Sequence record: MZ475895.1
Reading direction: 5' to 3' (one strand)
Length of the DNA stretch: 64,000 bases
Numbering within the stretch: position 1 is the stretch's first letter; every line of letters starts with the position of its first letter. This document shows, piece after piece, positions 35,569-44,910 of the stretch. The notes under the pieces were generated by a model, which saw only the letters and a program-made list of their open reading frames with translations, was not told the DNA's origin and did not search any database. The position numbers and the translations under genes are program-made.

Positions 35569-38334
35569 TTACATATAATCCATAGTAATCATGTTCGTCA
35601 TAGGGTCGTTCATGAATACTGGGATACCATCCAATGAATGTGCATTGCCTGGGCGACCTTGAGCAGGAACAGGACCTTGCTGAGGAGTAGCAGCACCTGT
35701 AACTTTAGCCGTATCTGTCGGAGCAGGAGGCGGCGCTACAGGCTCAGGTACTTCGGTACGAGCAACATCCCCTACAGACACTAGAGGCTGGTGATCGACT
35801 TCGGGCTGAGGTTGCTGTTTAGGCTCAATGCGTGATACTTGGTCCTGTACTTCTTTAGGCTGTAGTCCACCAGCTTGCTCATCGTTGACACGCTTACGCG
35901 CAGCAGGCAGCTCTTTGCCTTGACCAGAAGCAACGAGGTCTTGCATCTTACGGTCGTAGTCTGCTTGAGACTGCTTAGGCGTGACAGCACCTTTACCAGT
36001 CAAGTCTGGGACGTTTTTGTTTGCATCCACTTGCGTGTTCGCATAGTCCTCAGGCTTACCAGTGCCTTTCTTCAACTCAGGGAACTTCTCTGCAATGCGG
36101 CGATCTTCATCGGACATATCTGTCAGCTTAGGCATCTTTACAGACTTATTTAGGTCTGCCTCAGATACTTTGAGCAACACGTCCTTTTCGTTTTGAGCAC
36201 GGTTCGCTACTGATTGTTGCGTCTGTGCTGAACTTGATTTGAAGTAACGATCGGTTGTCGCGGCTTTGTAGTCCTGAATGGTCTTAATCATATCCGCATC
36301 GGACATGGAGTTAACGTCTTTGCCTTTGAGAGCATTGGCAATAACGCTAGTACCAGCACCATACTGAACTGCCGTACTGTACATTAGTTCCTTAACACCA
36401 GCACCACGCTTCGTCAAGTCCACACCAACATCGTTCTGCACTTTAGCAGCAAGCGGTGCGTAGTGAGTACGCGTAATGTAATCACCCTGTGCTTTATCGA
36501 ACTCTTCTCCTTGAGTGTTAGCAACGTCCTTGTACACAGAGTTGAACTGTGCTGTGCCTGGAGCAAGGCCACCGAAACGAGCGAGGAATGGTTTGCCTTC
36601 AGGACTGTTCAGGAAGTTAGTCATACTGCCTGTGTTGGTAGCAAGCTGGTGCTTACCGTAGCTTACACCACCAGCATCACCTGCGCCCGTAGACACAGTA
36701 CCAACACCACGACCGCCTGATTCGAATTGCTCTGACACTGAACCAAGACCGCCCTCAGCAATAGCCTTGTTAGCGATATCGGTTACTTGCTTGCTGTCCA
36801 TACGACGAGAAGGCTGTGCACGGAACGGGCCTTGATACTGACCAGCACCAGAGCCAGGCATACCACCAGCAAGAGCGCCTAAGTTAAACGGTACAACAAC
36901 AGGTGCAGGAGTCTTAGACTTGTCCAAGTTCTCAAGCGTTGTGTCGTTGTATTCATCCATCTTCTCTTGGCGATCTTTCTCACCATCAGCAATCATCTTG
37001 TCAGAGGTGTCGGTAATCTTGTCAGACACGTACTCACCAACAGAGCTACCGAAGTAGTCACCTAGGATGCCGCCAATAGTAGCACCAAGAGCAGCGCCAG
37101 CAGCAGTCCCCGCTACAGGTACGACAGACCCCAATATGCCACCAATCCAACCGCCAGCCACTGCGCCGATAGAGCCACCAGCAGTGCCACCAATGGCCGA
37201 GCCAGCAGCCTTCTTTTTAGCTCCAGCTTTCTCAGCATCTGTCATGTCCTGATCAGCATCGATGTGTTGAACATCGTTTGCGTATGAAAGGCCATTACCT
37301 AACGCTGGACCGATTACAGGGATGCGCTTAGAAGCACCCATAAGCAGTGCGCTGGTTCCCGCAACTGCAACGTCCTGAACAGCTGAAGGTGCAGTTGGTG
37401 TCTTAGCAGCGATAGTCTGTGCAGCACTATCGTCAGCTTGTGTTGTGTCTTGTTGTGCAACGGATGGATTAACCGCAGCAGGAACAATGTCAGGCTTACC
37501 TGCACCTTCGTTGCTTGCGTTGTCATCAACAGAATCCGTGTCAGTCTTATCCTTGAGCCAGTTACCTACACCCAGACCAGCAGCGGCAGTAAGAGCAACA
37601 GCAGCAAACGATCCCCACTTACCGAGCTTACCCAGACGAGGGAAGCGTTCACGTAGAGGTCTACGACGATTAGGCAAGTCACGACCTGGACCACGACGTT
37701 CACCACGATTGCGTCCATAGCGTCTACCACGTCTGCGACCTCTTCTGCGATCTGGCCCATCAAGGTCTATGCCTGGGCCGTCATCCGCTGGTGGTGGTCC
37801 ATCGTCATTAGCAGACTTACCGCCTTCACCATTCTGTTGACCATACGGGTCAGACTTGGCTTTGTTCTTAGCGCGGAATGCTTCTGACTTCTCCCACGCT
37901 AACCATTCTTCCAGTGCTTTCTGCGTCTTCTGATTGACCAACGTACCGTCACGAATAGCATCAACGATTTCATCACTGGAGCGCTCGCCTGAGATGAACA
38001 GGTCTTCAAGCGCAGACTCAACCTGTTTAGGATTCGGCACGGTAGCACGCGGCGATGGGTCCTGACTCAGGTTGATATTGATTGCACGTTCTTTCTCACG
38101 GGCAGCTTTACGCTCACGCACAGCACGGTTCTTAGCACGCGAACCTGGGCCAACATAATACTCGTCTTCATCATCCACGAGATCATCGTCGTGCATGTTA
38201 AACGAGAAGTCAGGACCTTTCTTTCGCGCTTTGCGTCCTTTAGGCATACCCGCTACAAAGGAGCCTAAGCCATCAGCGTGCTCGATCATTAGTTCGAGTG
38301 CAGATAGCTCTTTCTCTTGAGGCTTAGCCATCAT
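35569..38334 (-). CDS. Tape-measure-like protein with peptidoglycan hydrolase domain
   Basis: 921 aa. TM and glycine-zipper segments. LGSVSEQFESG...DAGGVSYGKHQL...FL...QGDYITRTHY resembles the VgrG3-like muramidase domain. Confidence 0.7.
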   Translation of the reverse strand: MMAKPQEKELSALELMIEHADGLGSFVAGMPKGRKARKKGPDFSFNMHDDDLVDDEDEYYVGPGSRAKNRAVRERKAAREKERAININLSQDPSPRATVPNPKQVESALEDLFISGERSSDEIVDAIRDGTLVNQKTQKALEEWLAWEKSEAFRAKNKAKSDPYGQQNGEGGKSANDDGPPPADDGPGIDLDGPDRRRGRRRGRRYGRNRGERRGPGRDLPNRRRPLRERFPRLGKLGKWGSFAAVALTAAAGLGVGNWLKDKTDTDSVDDNASNEGAGKPDIVPAAVNPSVAQQDTTQADDSAAQTIAAKTPTAPSAVQDVAVAGTSALLMGASKRIPVIGPALGNGLSYANDVQHIDADQDMTDAEKAGAKKKAAGSAIGGTAGGSIGAVAGGWIGGILGSVVPVAGTAAGAALGATIGGILGDYFGSSVGEYVSDKITDTSDKMIADGEKDRQEKMDEYNDTTLENLDKSKTPAPVVVPFNLGALAGGMPGSGAGQYQGPFRAQPSRRMDSKQVTDIANKAIAEGGLGSVSEQFESGGRGVGTVSTGAGDAGGVSYGKHQLATNTGSMTNFLNSPEGKPFLARFGGLAPGTAQFNSVYKDVANTQGEEFDKAQGDYITRTHYAPLAAKVQNDVGVDLTKRGAGVKELMYSTAVQYGAGTSVIANALKGKDVNSMSDADMIKTIQDYKAATTDRYFKSSSAQTQQSVANRAQNEKDVLLKVSEADLNKSVKMPKLTDMSDEDRRIAEKFPELKKGTGKPEDYANTQVDANKNVPDLTGKGAVTPKQSQADYDRKMQDLVASGQGKELPAARKRVNDEQAGGLQPKEVQDQVSRIEPKQQPQPEVDHQPLVSVGDVARTEVPEPVAPPPAPTDTAKVTGAATPQQGPVPAQGRPGNAHSLDGIPVFMNDPMTNMITMDYM

Positions 38335-39170
38335 TTACTCCTATTGCGCTTCGATTTCTCCAGCGCTCGGGCTTCTTCTGCTTTGTTCTTATCGTGAACG
38401 TAAGCACTATGCCAGTAGAGCAGTTTGTTTATATTGATGTTGTCTGGCACGTAAATGTTCTTGGCCGAGGCAAGGTCCAACGTCATGTTGTTCATTGACG
38501 TATCGGAGTACACACGCAAGTAACCCAAGATATTGATAGGGCTTTTGTGCTTGTACGTGCGGAAGCAGCGGTTACACTTGTGGGTTGTTTCCAACTCGCA
38601 GCTAATGTACTCGTAGCTTCCTGCATTAAGCAGCTCGGCAGGGTCCGTGTACAGGATGGTATCTTCCAGTGACAAGTCGCTGTCCACGTAAAGCGCATTC
38701 ATTACCTGTGTGCGTTCATACGTCTCTGCCAACAACTCGGCTTCAATCCAACGCTGCACTGTAGGGTGACGAACACCAGCAGGTACATCATACCACTTGT
38801 GCTCGATGATGCGTTGCTTACTCACTTCCTCTGTGTTAAGCATATCACAAGGCACTTCAACAAACTTGCGACCACGCGGTCTGTCGTAATGACGTTCACC
38901 ACGCATATCAACAAAGAACGACTGCACACAGCGCCACTCATACAGACGGTGAGACTGAGGCCAACTGTTTCTGTCGAACATCGCAAGCATATATCTAAAG
39001 TCTTCCAGATACATATCGCGGACACGCACGTTGGTAAAACGTTGCAGCGTATCAACAAAGAGGTCAGGCAGTTTATACTTCTGCGCGTTGTACAGGCTAG
39101 ACATAGCATCAGCCGTCACCTGTTGAATACGCACATCGGTCCTGCCTGAGGGCAGATATATCTCTAACAT
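38331..39170 (-). CDS. Baseplate hub assembly chaperone-like protein (gp26-like)
   Basis: Likely start at ATG 39170 (TAATG coupling), MLEIYLPSG..., with C-terminal CNRC. The ORF track extends the start to 39236. Confidence 0.55.
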   Translation of the reverse strand: MLEIYLPSGRTDVRIQQVTADAMSSLYNAQKYKLPDLFVDTLQRFTNVRVRDMYLEDFRYMLAMFDRNSWPQSHRLYEWRCVQSFFVDMRGERHYDRPRGRKFVEVPCDMLNTEEVSKQRIIEHKWYDVPAGVRHPTVQRWIEAELLAETYERTQVMNALYVDSDLSLEDTILYTDPAELLNAGSYEYISCELETTHKCNRCFRTYKHKSPINILGYLRVYSDTSMNNMTLDLASAKNIYVPDNININKLLYWHSAYVHDKNKAEEARALEKSKRNRSK

Positions 39171-39853
39171 TAGCTGATAAAGATCTGAGGTGTCATTTCC
39201 CAGCGACGAGTCGAGTGACGGCCGCAGGAAGGACACAGGAGTTCAATATCATTGAGCACACCATGACGAGAAGCAAGCACCCACTCGGATAATTCAGTCC
39301 ACAGCTTGAGGTCTTGCTGATCTTCTAAGCGTGCCATGTTGCGATCAAAGTTAGGACCAAGATGCGCTACGTGCCAGTTGAAAATATCTTCTGACGCACG
39401 TTCGTAATCACGCATACGAGGCAGGTCGAAATGTTCATGCTCAGCAGTTAGCACCGCGATTGTCATAGACGAATCATCGATGATACCAACGTTACGGCTG
39501 GCGCACGGGAAGGTGTTGATAACGCCTGCATCCGTACGTAATTCGTTGACGATACCATCAGAATATTCAAACAGAGGTTTCTTACACTGCCAGTATGTGC
39601 GCAGCGGCACAACAGGCGACATGAACATGCGTTGCTGGAATACAAGTGCGTGCGCATCAGGTATTGTCAGCTCATCCAGACTAACGTTCAGGCAAGGAGC
39701 CAGAGCATCAAGCAAGATGTAGCGCATATCTTTTGTTTCAACTGCTTTGGCGATAGCACGGTTCTGTCTGCCGCTAAAGTGTGTCATCTCAAACGACTCA
39801 GGCAGGTTAGCCTTGTAGCCGTGTGACGGTAAGCTCGCTGTTTGAATTTCCAT
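39170..39853 (-). CDS. Baseplate hub assembly chaperone-like protein (gp26-like)
   Basis: Likely start at ATG 39853, MEIQTASLPSHG..., with C-terminal CPSC. The ORF track start at 40018 overlaps the tube-like gene. Confidence 0.55.
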   Translation of the reverse strand: MEIQTASLPSHGYKANLPESFEMTHFSGRQNRAIAKAVETKDMRYILLDALAPCLNVSLDELTIPDAHALVFQQRMFMSPVVPLRTYWQCKKPLFEYSDGIVNELRTDAGVINTFPCASRNVGIIDDSSMTIAVLTAEHEHFDLPRMRDYERASEDIFNWHVAHLGPNFDRNMARLEDQQDLKLWTELSEWVLASRHGVLNDIELLCPSCGRHSTRRWEMTPQIFIS

Positions 39854-39860
39854 AATGATC

Positions 39861-40376
39861 TCAACTAAATTCAGGGATTTGGGCATCAAGTTGCATTTGC
39901 ACTGACCATACACCACGGCCGCCTGTGCCGTTAAGTTGTATGCCTTGCCCACCCACTGGCCAACAGTTACGAAGCTGCATAGCGGCAACCATTTTTCCTT
40001 GGTTGTCGTACAGTTCAATGAACATATTCTTTTTATAAGCTGACGGTAAACGCATACCGCCTGTGTACGGATTCTGAATCAGGTTCTGCCACGCTGTGAA
40101 ATATTTCATTACAGCAAGACGTTGGTCGACACCGAACATCAGATTGAATCCGTCAATGCTGGAACCATGTGGCCAGTTAATTGCTACAGAGGCCACTTCT
40201 TTTGATTTAGACTGAAAGACAGAGAACGGCAAATCGACTTCTTCACACGCAAAAGGACTGAGTGACACACCGCCCATTGTAGGAAACTCACGGATGCGCC
40301 ACTTGTCCAGCATGAAGGGATCGTCTAAGCCAGGTGCAGATGTGTCTTGCAGGTCAGCAAGCGTCGGCAGCGGCAT
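39861..40376 (-). CDS. Second tail tube-like protein (gp19 fold)
   Basis: 171 aa. VMKYFTAWQNLI...YKKNMFIELYDNQG...LRNCWP. Confidence 0.7.
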   Translation of the reverse strand: MPLPTLADLQDTSAPGLDDPFMLDKWRIREFPTMGGVSLSPFACEEVDLPFSVFQSKSKEVASVAINWPHGSSIDGFNLMFGVDQRLAVMKYFTAWQNLIQNPYTGGMRLPSAYKKNMFIELYDNQGKMVAAMQLRNCWPVGGQGIQLNGTGGRGVWSVQMQLDAQIPEFS

Positions 40377-40378
40377 GA

Positions 40379-41056
40379 TCAGTCCTCTACAATAATAAGC
40401 ACAGGTCTAACAGCATCATCGAACTTGATGAACGCAGCGCCAACAAGATAGCCACCCTTCTCTACTTGTTTCACGACAGCCTTTTCAAGATCTGTTTCCC
40501 ACTTATCGCGCTGTGCGGGTTTGTAAGAAGCAAACGTCTCAGAAGCATCGTAGTAGTTATAGGTACCACCAGTAGGCATTGGGATACGTGCAAGGAACTC
40601 TAAGCGACTACAGTTCTTGAACGGGGTCTTGCGTAGCTCTTGCGTCAGCTTGGTGTTCTCTGATTTAGAGCCAGGCACAGCGGTGAATACTTTCTTAGGC
40701 TGAGGCTCACGAGGAGCAGCAGGCATCTTCTCACGCGCTGGCGTATTCTTGTCGCTGGCTTTCTTAACACGAATACCAGAAACAGTCCCTGTGAATGGGC
40801 GACTGCGACCAAGCAACGAACGTGCGGCCGTAGCGTCAACAACAAACACAACAGACGGGTCATCACGGTGCAGCACATAGAACTTGTTACGTGCAGCGGC
40901 CTTGATACCGAATACGTCTTTGTCCTCAATATCCGCTTCGTGTTCTTTGTTCTCGATACTGACCTTGCGCTTACCTTCAAAGCGATACCAGTCGCAGTCA
41001 TTGATAGACACGATAGGTGTTTTGCGTGAAGCACTCTCGCTCAGAAAAATAAGCAT
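40379..41056 (-). CDS. Hypothetical (probable head-internal) protein
   Basis: 225 aa. N-terminal LSESA plus the shared W..F.G...D.FGI domain. Confidence 0.7.
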   Translation of the reverse strand: MLIFLSESASRKTPIVSINDCDWYRFEGKRKVSIENKEHEADIEDKDVFGIKAAARNKFYVLHRDDPSVVFVVDATAARSLLGRSRPFTGTVSGIRVKKASDKNTPAREKMPAAPREPQPKKVFTAVPGSKSENTKLTQELRKTPFKNCSRLEFLARIPMPTGGTYNYYDASETFASYKPAQRDKWETDLEKAVVKQVEKGGYLVGAAFIKFDDAVRPVLIIVED

Positions 41057-41076
41057 GGTATCTCCAGGAAACGAGA

Positions 41077-41099
41077 AAGGGCCAAAACATCTGGCCCTT
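41077..41099 (-). terminator. Probable terminator after tail tube gene
   Basis: AAGGGCCA-GATGTTT-TGGCCCTT followed by TCTCGTTT. Confidence 0.55.
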
Positions 41100-41104
41100 A
41101 GTTA

Positions 41105-41617
41105 TTACGATGCGAGTTCAACGTAGTCGAAGGACCATTCGATTGAGATCGGTACAGCCTGTGCAGCGCCAGAGAAGCTCAGGTCAGGAACCTGCTTCGG
41201 CCACACACCGAACACGTTGTATTCTGCAACCACAGAACCATCCATATCAAAGATACGGAAGATAGCTTTGGTTGAGTAGTCCGCTTTCTTCGCACCCAAC
41301 TGAGTCTGCGTAGCACGAACGAGTTCATGCCATGCTTCCAGTTGTTTGTACACAGCCATCTCTGAGTTCTCGTTATACTCAGTAGAGATTGTGTGCGAGA
41401 AGGTTTTACGACCCGCGTAGTTAAGCTGGTGGCCGAACGCTTCTTTCAATACTTCTTCCAGCGTTGAGCCAGGCTTAACGCCAGTCTTACAGAAGATACG
41501 CAGAGTACGCGCATAGTCTGTACCACCAACTGGCGGGTTCGGAATCAGGAACTCGAAGTTGTCATCGAGTAACGGATCGAGCGTAGACGAAAATTCGTCA
41601 AGAGTTACCTTTGGCAT
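41105..41617 (-). CDS. Tail tube protein (T4 gp19-like)
   Basis: 170 aa directly after the sheath. LNYAGRKTF...EAWHELV...FRIFDMDG...FGVWP. Confidence 0.85.
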   Translation of the reverse strand: MPKVTLDEFSSTLDPLLDDNFEFLIPNPPVGGTDYARTLRIFCKTGVKPGSTLEEVLKEAFGHQLNYAGRKTFSHTISTEYNENSEMAVYKQLEAWHELVRATQTQLGAKKADYSTKAIFRIFDMDGSVVAEYNVFGVWPKQVPDLSFSGAAQAVPISIEWSFDYVELAS

Positions 41618-41627
41618 CTAAAGCTCC

Positions 41628-43313
41628 TTAGATTGCGCCAGACTGGATGAGTTGCAGCGCGTACTGGATATCGCCAACAGGTGGCACGATAGCAGTTACG
41701 TGAATGCGTTTAGTGTAGCGAGTCGGGTCAAGGAAAATATCGATGATCAGATCGCCACGCGCTTCGTCTTCTGCGGTGTTGTTGGTATAGTCACAAGTAA
41801 CTGCATACCAACGCAGGCCACGACCGGTCTTAATCGGTTCGAGGATTGCTTCCATCGCAGACTTCTGACGCTGCTTCAGGATGTCATCGTTCGGCTCAAA
41901 CACGGCGCTAAGGTTGTTAGCACGCGCAGATGCATGAAGCATCGCAAGCAGACGACGTACACCGATATCCTGAAGAGGAGACTTCGTGGTGTAAGTGGTA
42001 TCAGCACCCCACATGAAGATGCCTTCACCTTCGAAGATAGCAATCGGGTTGATTTGGTTCTCAACCAGAATATCGCGATCACCGAGTTTGAAGCGATAGC
42101 GCACGTCAGTAGCGAAGTCCAGTTTACCACGTTGCAGACCGCCAGGAGCAAGCCATGAAGCAACTTGGTCAGCAGTCAACATGCAGTAAGCGGAACACAC
42201 AGACGCAGGCACATAGAAGTCGCGTGCGTTGTCGTTGTCGCGTGCTTTAACATCGGAGTTAGCCAGAGAAGACCAAGAACCCGTGATAGAGAACTCAGCG
42301 TTCTGGTACTCTTTGTTGCCACGACGATACGCAACAGCGTTGTCACGACCTTGCAGCAGCACAGGGATACCGTGCGTTGCAATACAGTCCATGCGAGACT
42401 CGGCCAGGGTGTCAATCTTGTTGGCAATCACTGGATGCTCAAGACCACCAGAGCACAGGATGCCAGCTTGAATGTCTTCCCAATCGCGGTAGTTATCCCA
42501 CGCACTGACAACAGCGCTCAGACTCTGGTTAGCTATAGTTGCATCGGAGTGATCGACGTCAATAACAGCACCATCAGAACCGCCAGTAAACTGACCGTTA
42601 ACTGCATCAGGGTCCGTAGGATCAGCTGGCCCACCACCGATAGCATTGATGACCACATAGTTTGGGTCCTCCAGCAATTTGTAGTGATCGGTATTCAGCT
42701 TGACACGGATATACTTGGACGCTGTGTTGATAACGTCTTCAATATAGAACTGATTGCCAGCTTCGTCTTTGTAGTAACGAGTAGTCACCACGTGGGTTTC
42801 GAGTGCTGTCAGGTAACCTGTCTGATACACTTTGATGATGGACTTAATGCCCAGTGCATCAGTCACGTCAGGCTCAAACGTGATGTACAGGTTGTTCGCC
42901 GCTGCATACTGAGACAAGGAATAAATCAGGCAAATGTCGCGGGTAGAGAAAGCGACTTGCTCTGGGTCATCTAATCCAGCATCACCCAGAGGGCGGCAGG
43001 TGGCGAAGTTGTTATAAGTTGTGAGGAACACACCTGCGTACTTGACAGAGAGAGCGACACGCGTAATGTTCAGCTTGGTCGCCTTCGTCATCAGAATCTT
43101 AGCGATCTGAACGTTGTTGGCATACTGACCGGTCGCTGGACCAAACAGGGCATCAATCTCGTCTTTGCTTGTCACAGTTGTGTTAACGCCAACAGGACCT
43201 CGTGGGAACGGCAGCACAAGAGTACACATGCCAAAAGTGACAAGTGACGCTTGGTTACTGCGGTCGTTCTCCATCGAGTAAACCCCAGGAGAGGGGTGAT
43301 TCGGAATTAACAT
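41628..43313 (-). CDS. Tail sheath protein
   Basis: 561 aa. HPSPGVYSMEND N-terminus, WLAPGGLQRG, NQINPI, WGADT, IGVRRLL, VFEPND. Confidence 0.92.
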   Translation of the reverse strand: MLIPNHPSPGVYSMENDRSNQASLVTFGMCTLVLPFPRGPVGVNTTVTSKDEIDALFGPATGQYANNVQIAKILMTKATKLNITRVALSVKYAGVFLTTYNNFATCRPLGDAGLDDPEQVAFSTRDICLIYSLSQYAAANNLYITFEPDVTDALGIKSIIKVYQTGYLTALETHVVTTRYYKDEAGNQFYIEDVINTASKYIRVKLNTDHYKLLEDPNYVVINAIGGGPADPTDPDAVNGQFTGGSDGAVIDVDHSDATIANQSLSAVVSAWDNYRDWEDIQAGILCSGGLEHPVIANKIDTLAESRMDCIATHGIPVLLQGRDNAVAYRRGNKEYQNAEFSITGSWSSLANSDVKARDNDNARDFYVPASVCSAYCMLTADQVASWLAPGGLQRGKLDFATDVRYRFKLGDRDILVENQINPIAIFEGEGIFMWGADTTYTTKSPLQDIGVRRLLAMLHASARANNLSAVFEPNDDILKQRQKSAMEAILEPIKTGRGLRWYAVTCDYTNNTAEDEARGDLIIDIFLDPTRYTKRIHVTAIVPPVGDIQYALQLIQSGAI

Positions 43314-43355
43314 CGTGAATCTCCATAAGAGAGGGTATCGTGCAACGACTGGTGT

Positions 43356-43363
43356 AAATTAGC
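43356..43363 (-). promoter_or_regulatory. GCTAATTT candidate late-promoter motif
   Basis: Exact octamer in the intergenic gap, 43 nt upstream of the sheath ATG. Confidence 0.6.
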
Positions 43364-43369
43364 GTGTTG

Positions 43370-43714
43370 TCAGTAGCAAATCACATTAACACGCTGATCA
43401 ACGTCACTTACCAGAACACTTTTATCCATAGAGCCAGTAAGAGTAAACTGACCTTCGATAATCATCTGGCCACCAGCGAATTGCAGAATAATAGGCTCGG
43501 CAGTATCGATATACAACAGGCCTACGATAGCAGGCAGTTGATAACCAGTAGGCCCTACGATAACAGACTGCATCTGATACAGGCCATCAAGAGGTAGGCC
43601 CACGGCATGAGACTGACGCTTGAGCACTTCGTTCTGATTAGAAGTAACTGAACGCACACGGCTGTCAACGACTAGCGTACGGTCGAGCTTACGATACTTT
43701 TGGCGCGTATACAT
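43370..43714 (-). CDS. Virion structural protein (neck/head-completion region)
   Basis: 114 aa, lying between the tail-completion-like gene and the sheath. Confidence 0.5.
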   Translation of the reverse strand: MYTRQKYRKLDRTLVVDSRVRSVTSNQNEVLKRQSHAVGLPLDGLYQMQSVIVGPTGYQLPAIVGLLYIDTAEPIILQFAGGQMIIEGQFTLTGSMDKSVLVSDVDQRVNVICY

Positions 43715-44385
43715 TACTCTTCCTCTTCGTCGTCAGGCAATCCCAAGTCCATATCGATCTCAACGTTCTCGGAGACTTCACCGTAGTTGTTGATTTTCGC
43801 TTGTTCGAGGTTAAAGCCAATCTTTGTTTTAATCGAGAACGGGATCTCAAGTTCAAAGCTGCCCGGCGTCGAGCCTTCATCGAGGTTATCGATGGTGGGC
43901 ATTGGGATGCTGTCACCGTCAAGCAACACACGCACAGTCCAAGTGGACGTAGGCATCTCAATCTTAAAGCTGAGCAGTTCGGTGATGTATGCGATCAACA
44001 GTTGCTGCGTGAACAACAGCGCTTGGTCGATATCCATGAACTTGACATAGAAGCTACCACTAAGAGTAACAGGGAAGTAGTAGTTAGTGACGACGATAGC
44101 ATTGGTATCGTCTTGACCCATTGCCCAGCCAGAACCAAAGCGAGCAACAGTCTTAGGGTTGGCCATCAGTTCACGGTCGAATGTGATGTTGGACAACTTG
44201 AACCAACCGTAAGGATATTCTGTGCTCTGATTGTTATTGGCACGAATACCTTGCTTAGGGTTGTTGTGTACAGACCACACAAAGCGCTTTAGACCAAAGC
44301 CTCGGCATAGTTGTCGTTGTACTCCGAAAATCGAGGTGCGCAATGAAGTAGAGTTCTTCATCAGACCTGTAATGTTTACCGTCAT
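43714..44385 (-). CDS. Tail completion / neck protein (gp15-like position)
   Basis: 223 aa, beta-rich, located between capsid and sheath genes. Assignment is from synteny. Confidence 0.5.
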   Translation of the reverse strand: MTVNITGLMKNSTSLRTSIFGVQRQLCRGFGLKRFVWSVHNNPKQGIRANNNQSTEYPYGWFKLSNITFDRELMANPKTVARFGSGWAMGQDDTNAIVVTNYYFPVTLSGSFYVKFMDIDQALLFTQQLLIAYITELLSFKIEMPTSTWTVRVLLDGDSIPMPTIDNLDEGSTPGSFELEIPFSIKTKIGFNLEQAKINNYGEVSENVEIDMDLGLPDDEEEE

Positions 44386-44404
44386 TTGTGGTACCCCAGA
44401 TACG

Positions 44405-44431
44405 AAAAAGGGCAGCCGAAGCCACCCTTTT
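44405..44431 (-). terminator. Rho-independent terminator
   Basis: AAAAGGGTGGC-TTCG-GCTGCCC followed by TTTTT, preceded by a second small hairpin ACCCG-ATTA-CGGGT (44436-44449). Confidence 0.85.
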
Positions 44432-44450
44432 GGTTACCCGTAATCGGGTG

Positions 44451-44855
44451 CTAGTCGAGACGCAAGCGAATCAGCGAGCTAGACTCAGAATCAACAACGG
44501 TAACGTCATCTTCATCGTCCAGGTCTTCTTCGTCTTCAACATCATCCGCAGAATCATCTTCGGAGGTATTGAGACTAACTACTTCATCGTCATACAACGA
44601 CTCGGCTCTTTCTTCCTCGGCAGTAAGCGCTAAGGCCGCAGACAGAGCAGTAACCGAATCAGCCATGCTTGATGCGCTACTCACGGAGTTAACGAGGCAA
44701 TTAGCTTCGAAGTTATCAGTGAGTTCGCATTCAAGGAACTGATCAGCATCTGGCGCAACAGCAGCTTGAGTTAACAAGCGAGCTACGTCCAACCACTGCC
44801 CGTCACGCGCGGCGACAATTGCCAGTGCAGCTAAGGAACCAGATAAGGTCTTCAT
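44451..44855 (-). CDS. Acidic hypothetical head-module protein
   Basis: 134 aa with a D/E-rich C-terminus, directly after the major capsid gene. Confidence 0.7.
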   Translation of the reverse strand: MKTLSGSLAALAIVAARDGQWLDVARLLTQAAVAPDADQFLECELTDNFEANCLVNSVSSASSMADSVTALSAALALTAEEERAESLYDDEVVSLNTSEDDSADDVEDEEDLDDEDDVTVVDSESSSLIRLRLD

Positions 44856-44872
44856 GTTTGGTCCTCAGTGAA

Positions 44873-44894
44873 GAGGGCAGCTTATGCCACCCTC
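44873..44894 (-). other. Intergenic hairpin after the major capsid gene (partial terminator or stabiliser)
   Basis: GAGGGTGGC-ATAA-GCTGCCCTC, with only TT after the stem. Confidence 0.6.
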
Positions 44895-44910
44895 AGATTG
44901 CACAACAATG

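Noticed and set aside
39854-40018. ORF-track N-terminal extensions of 39170..40018 (and of 38331..39236)
   Set aside because: They overlap neighbouring genes extensively. Internal ATGs at 39853 and 39170 fit operon coupling better.
38331-40376. Programmed frameshift tail-chaperone pair upstream of the tape measure
   Set aside because: No slippery heptamer was recognised, and the genes are separately initiated with TAATG coupling.
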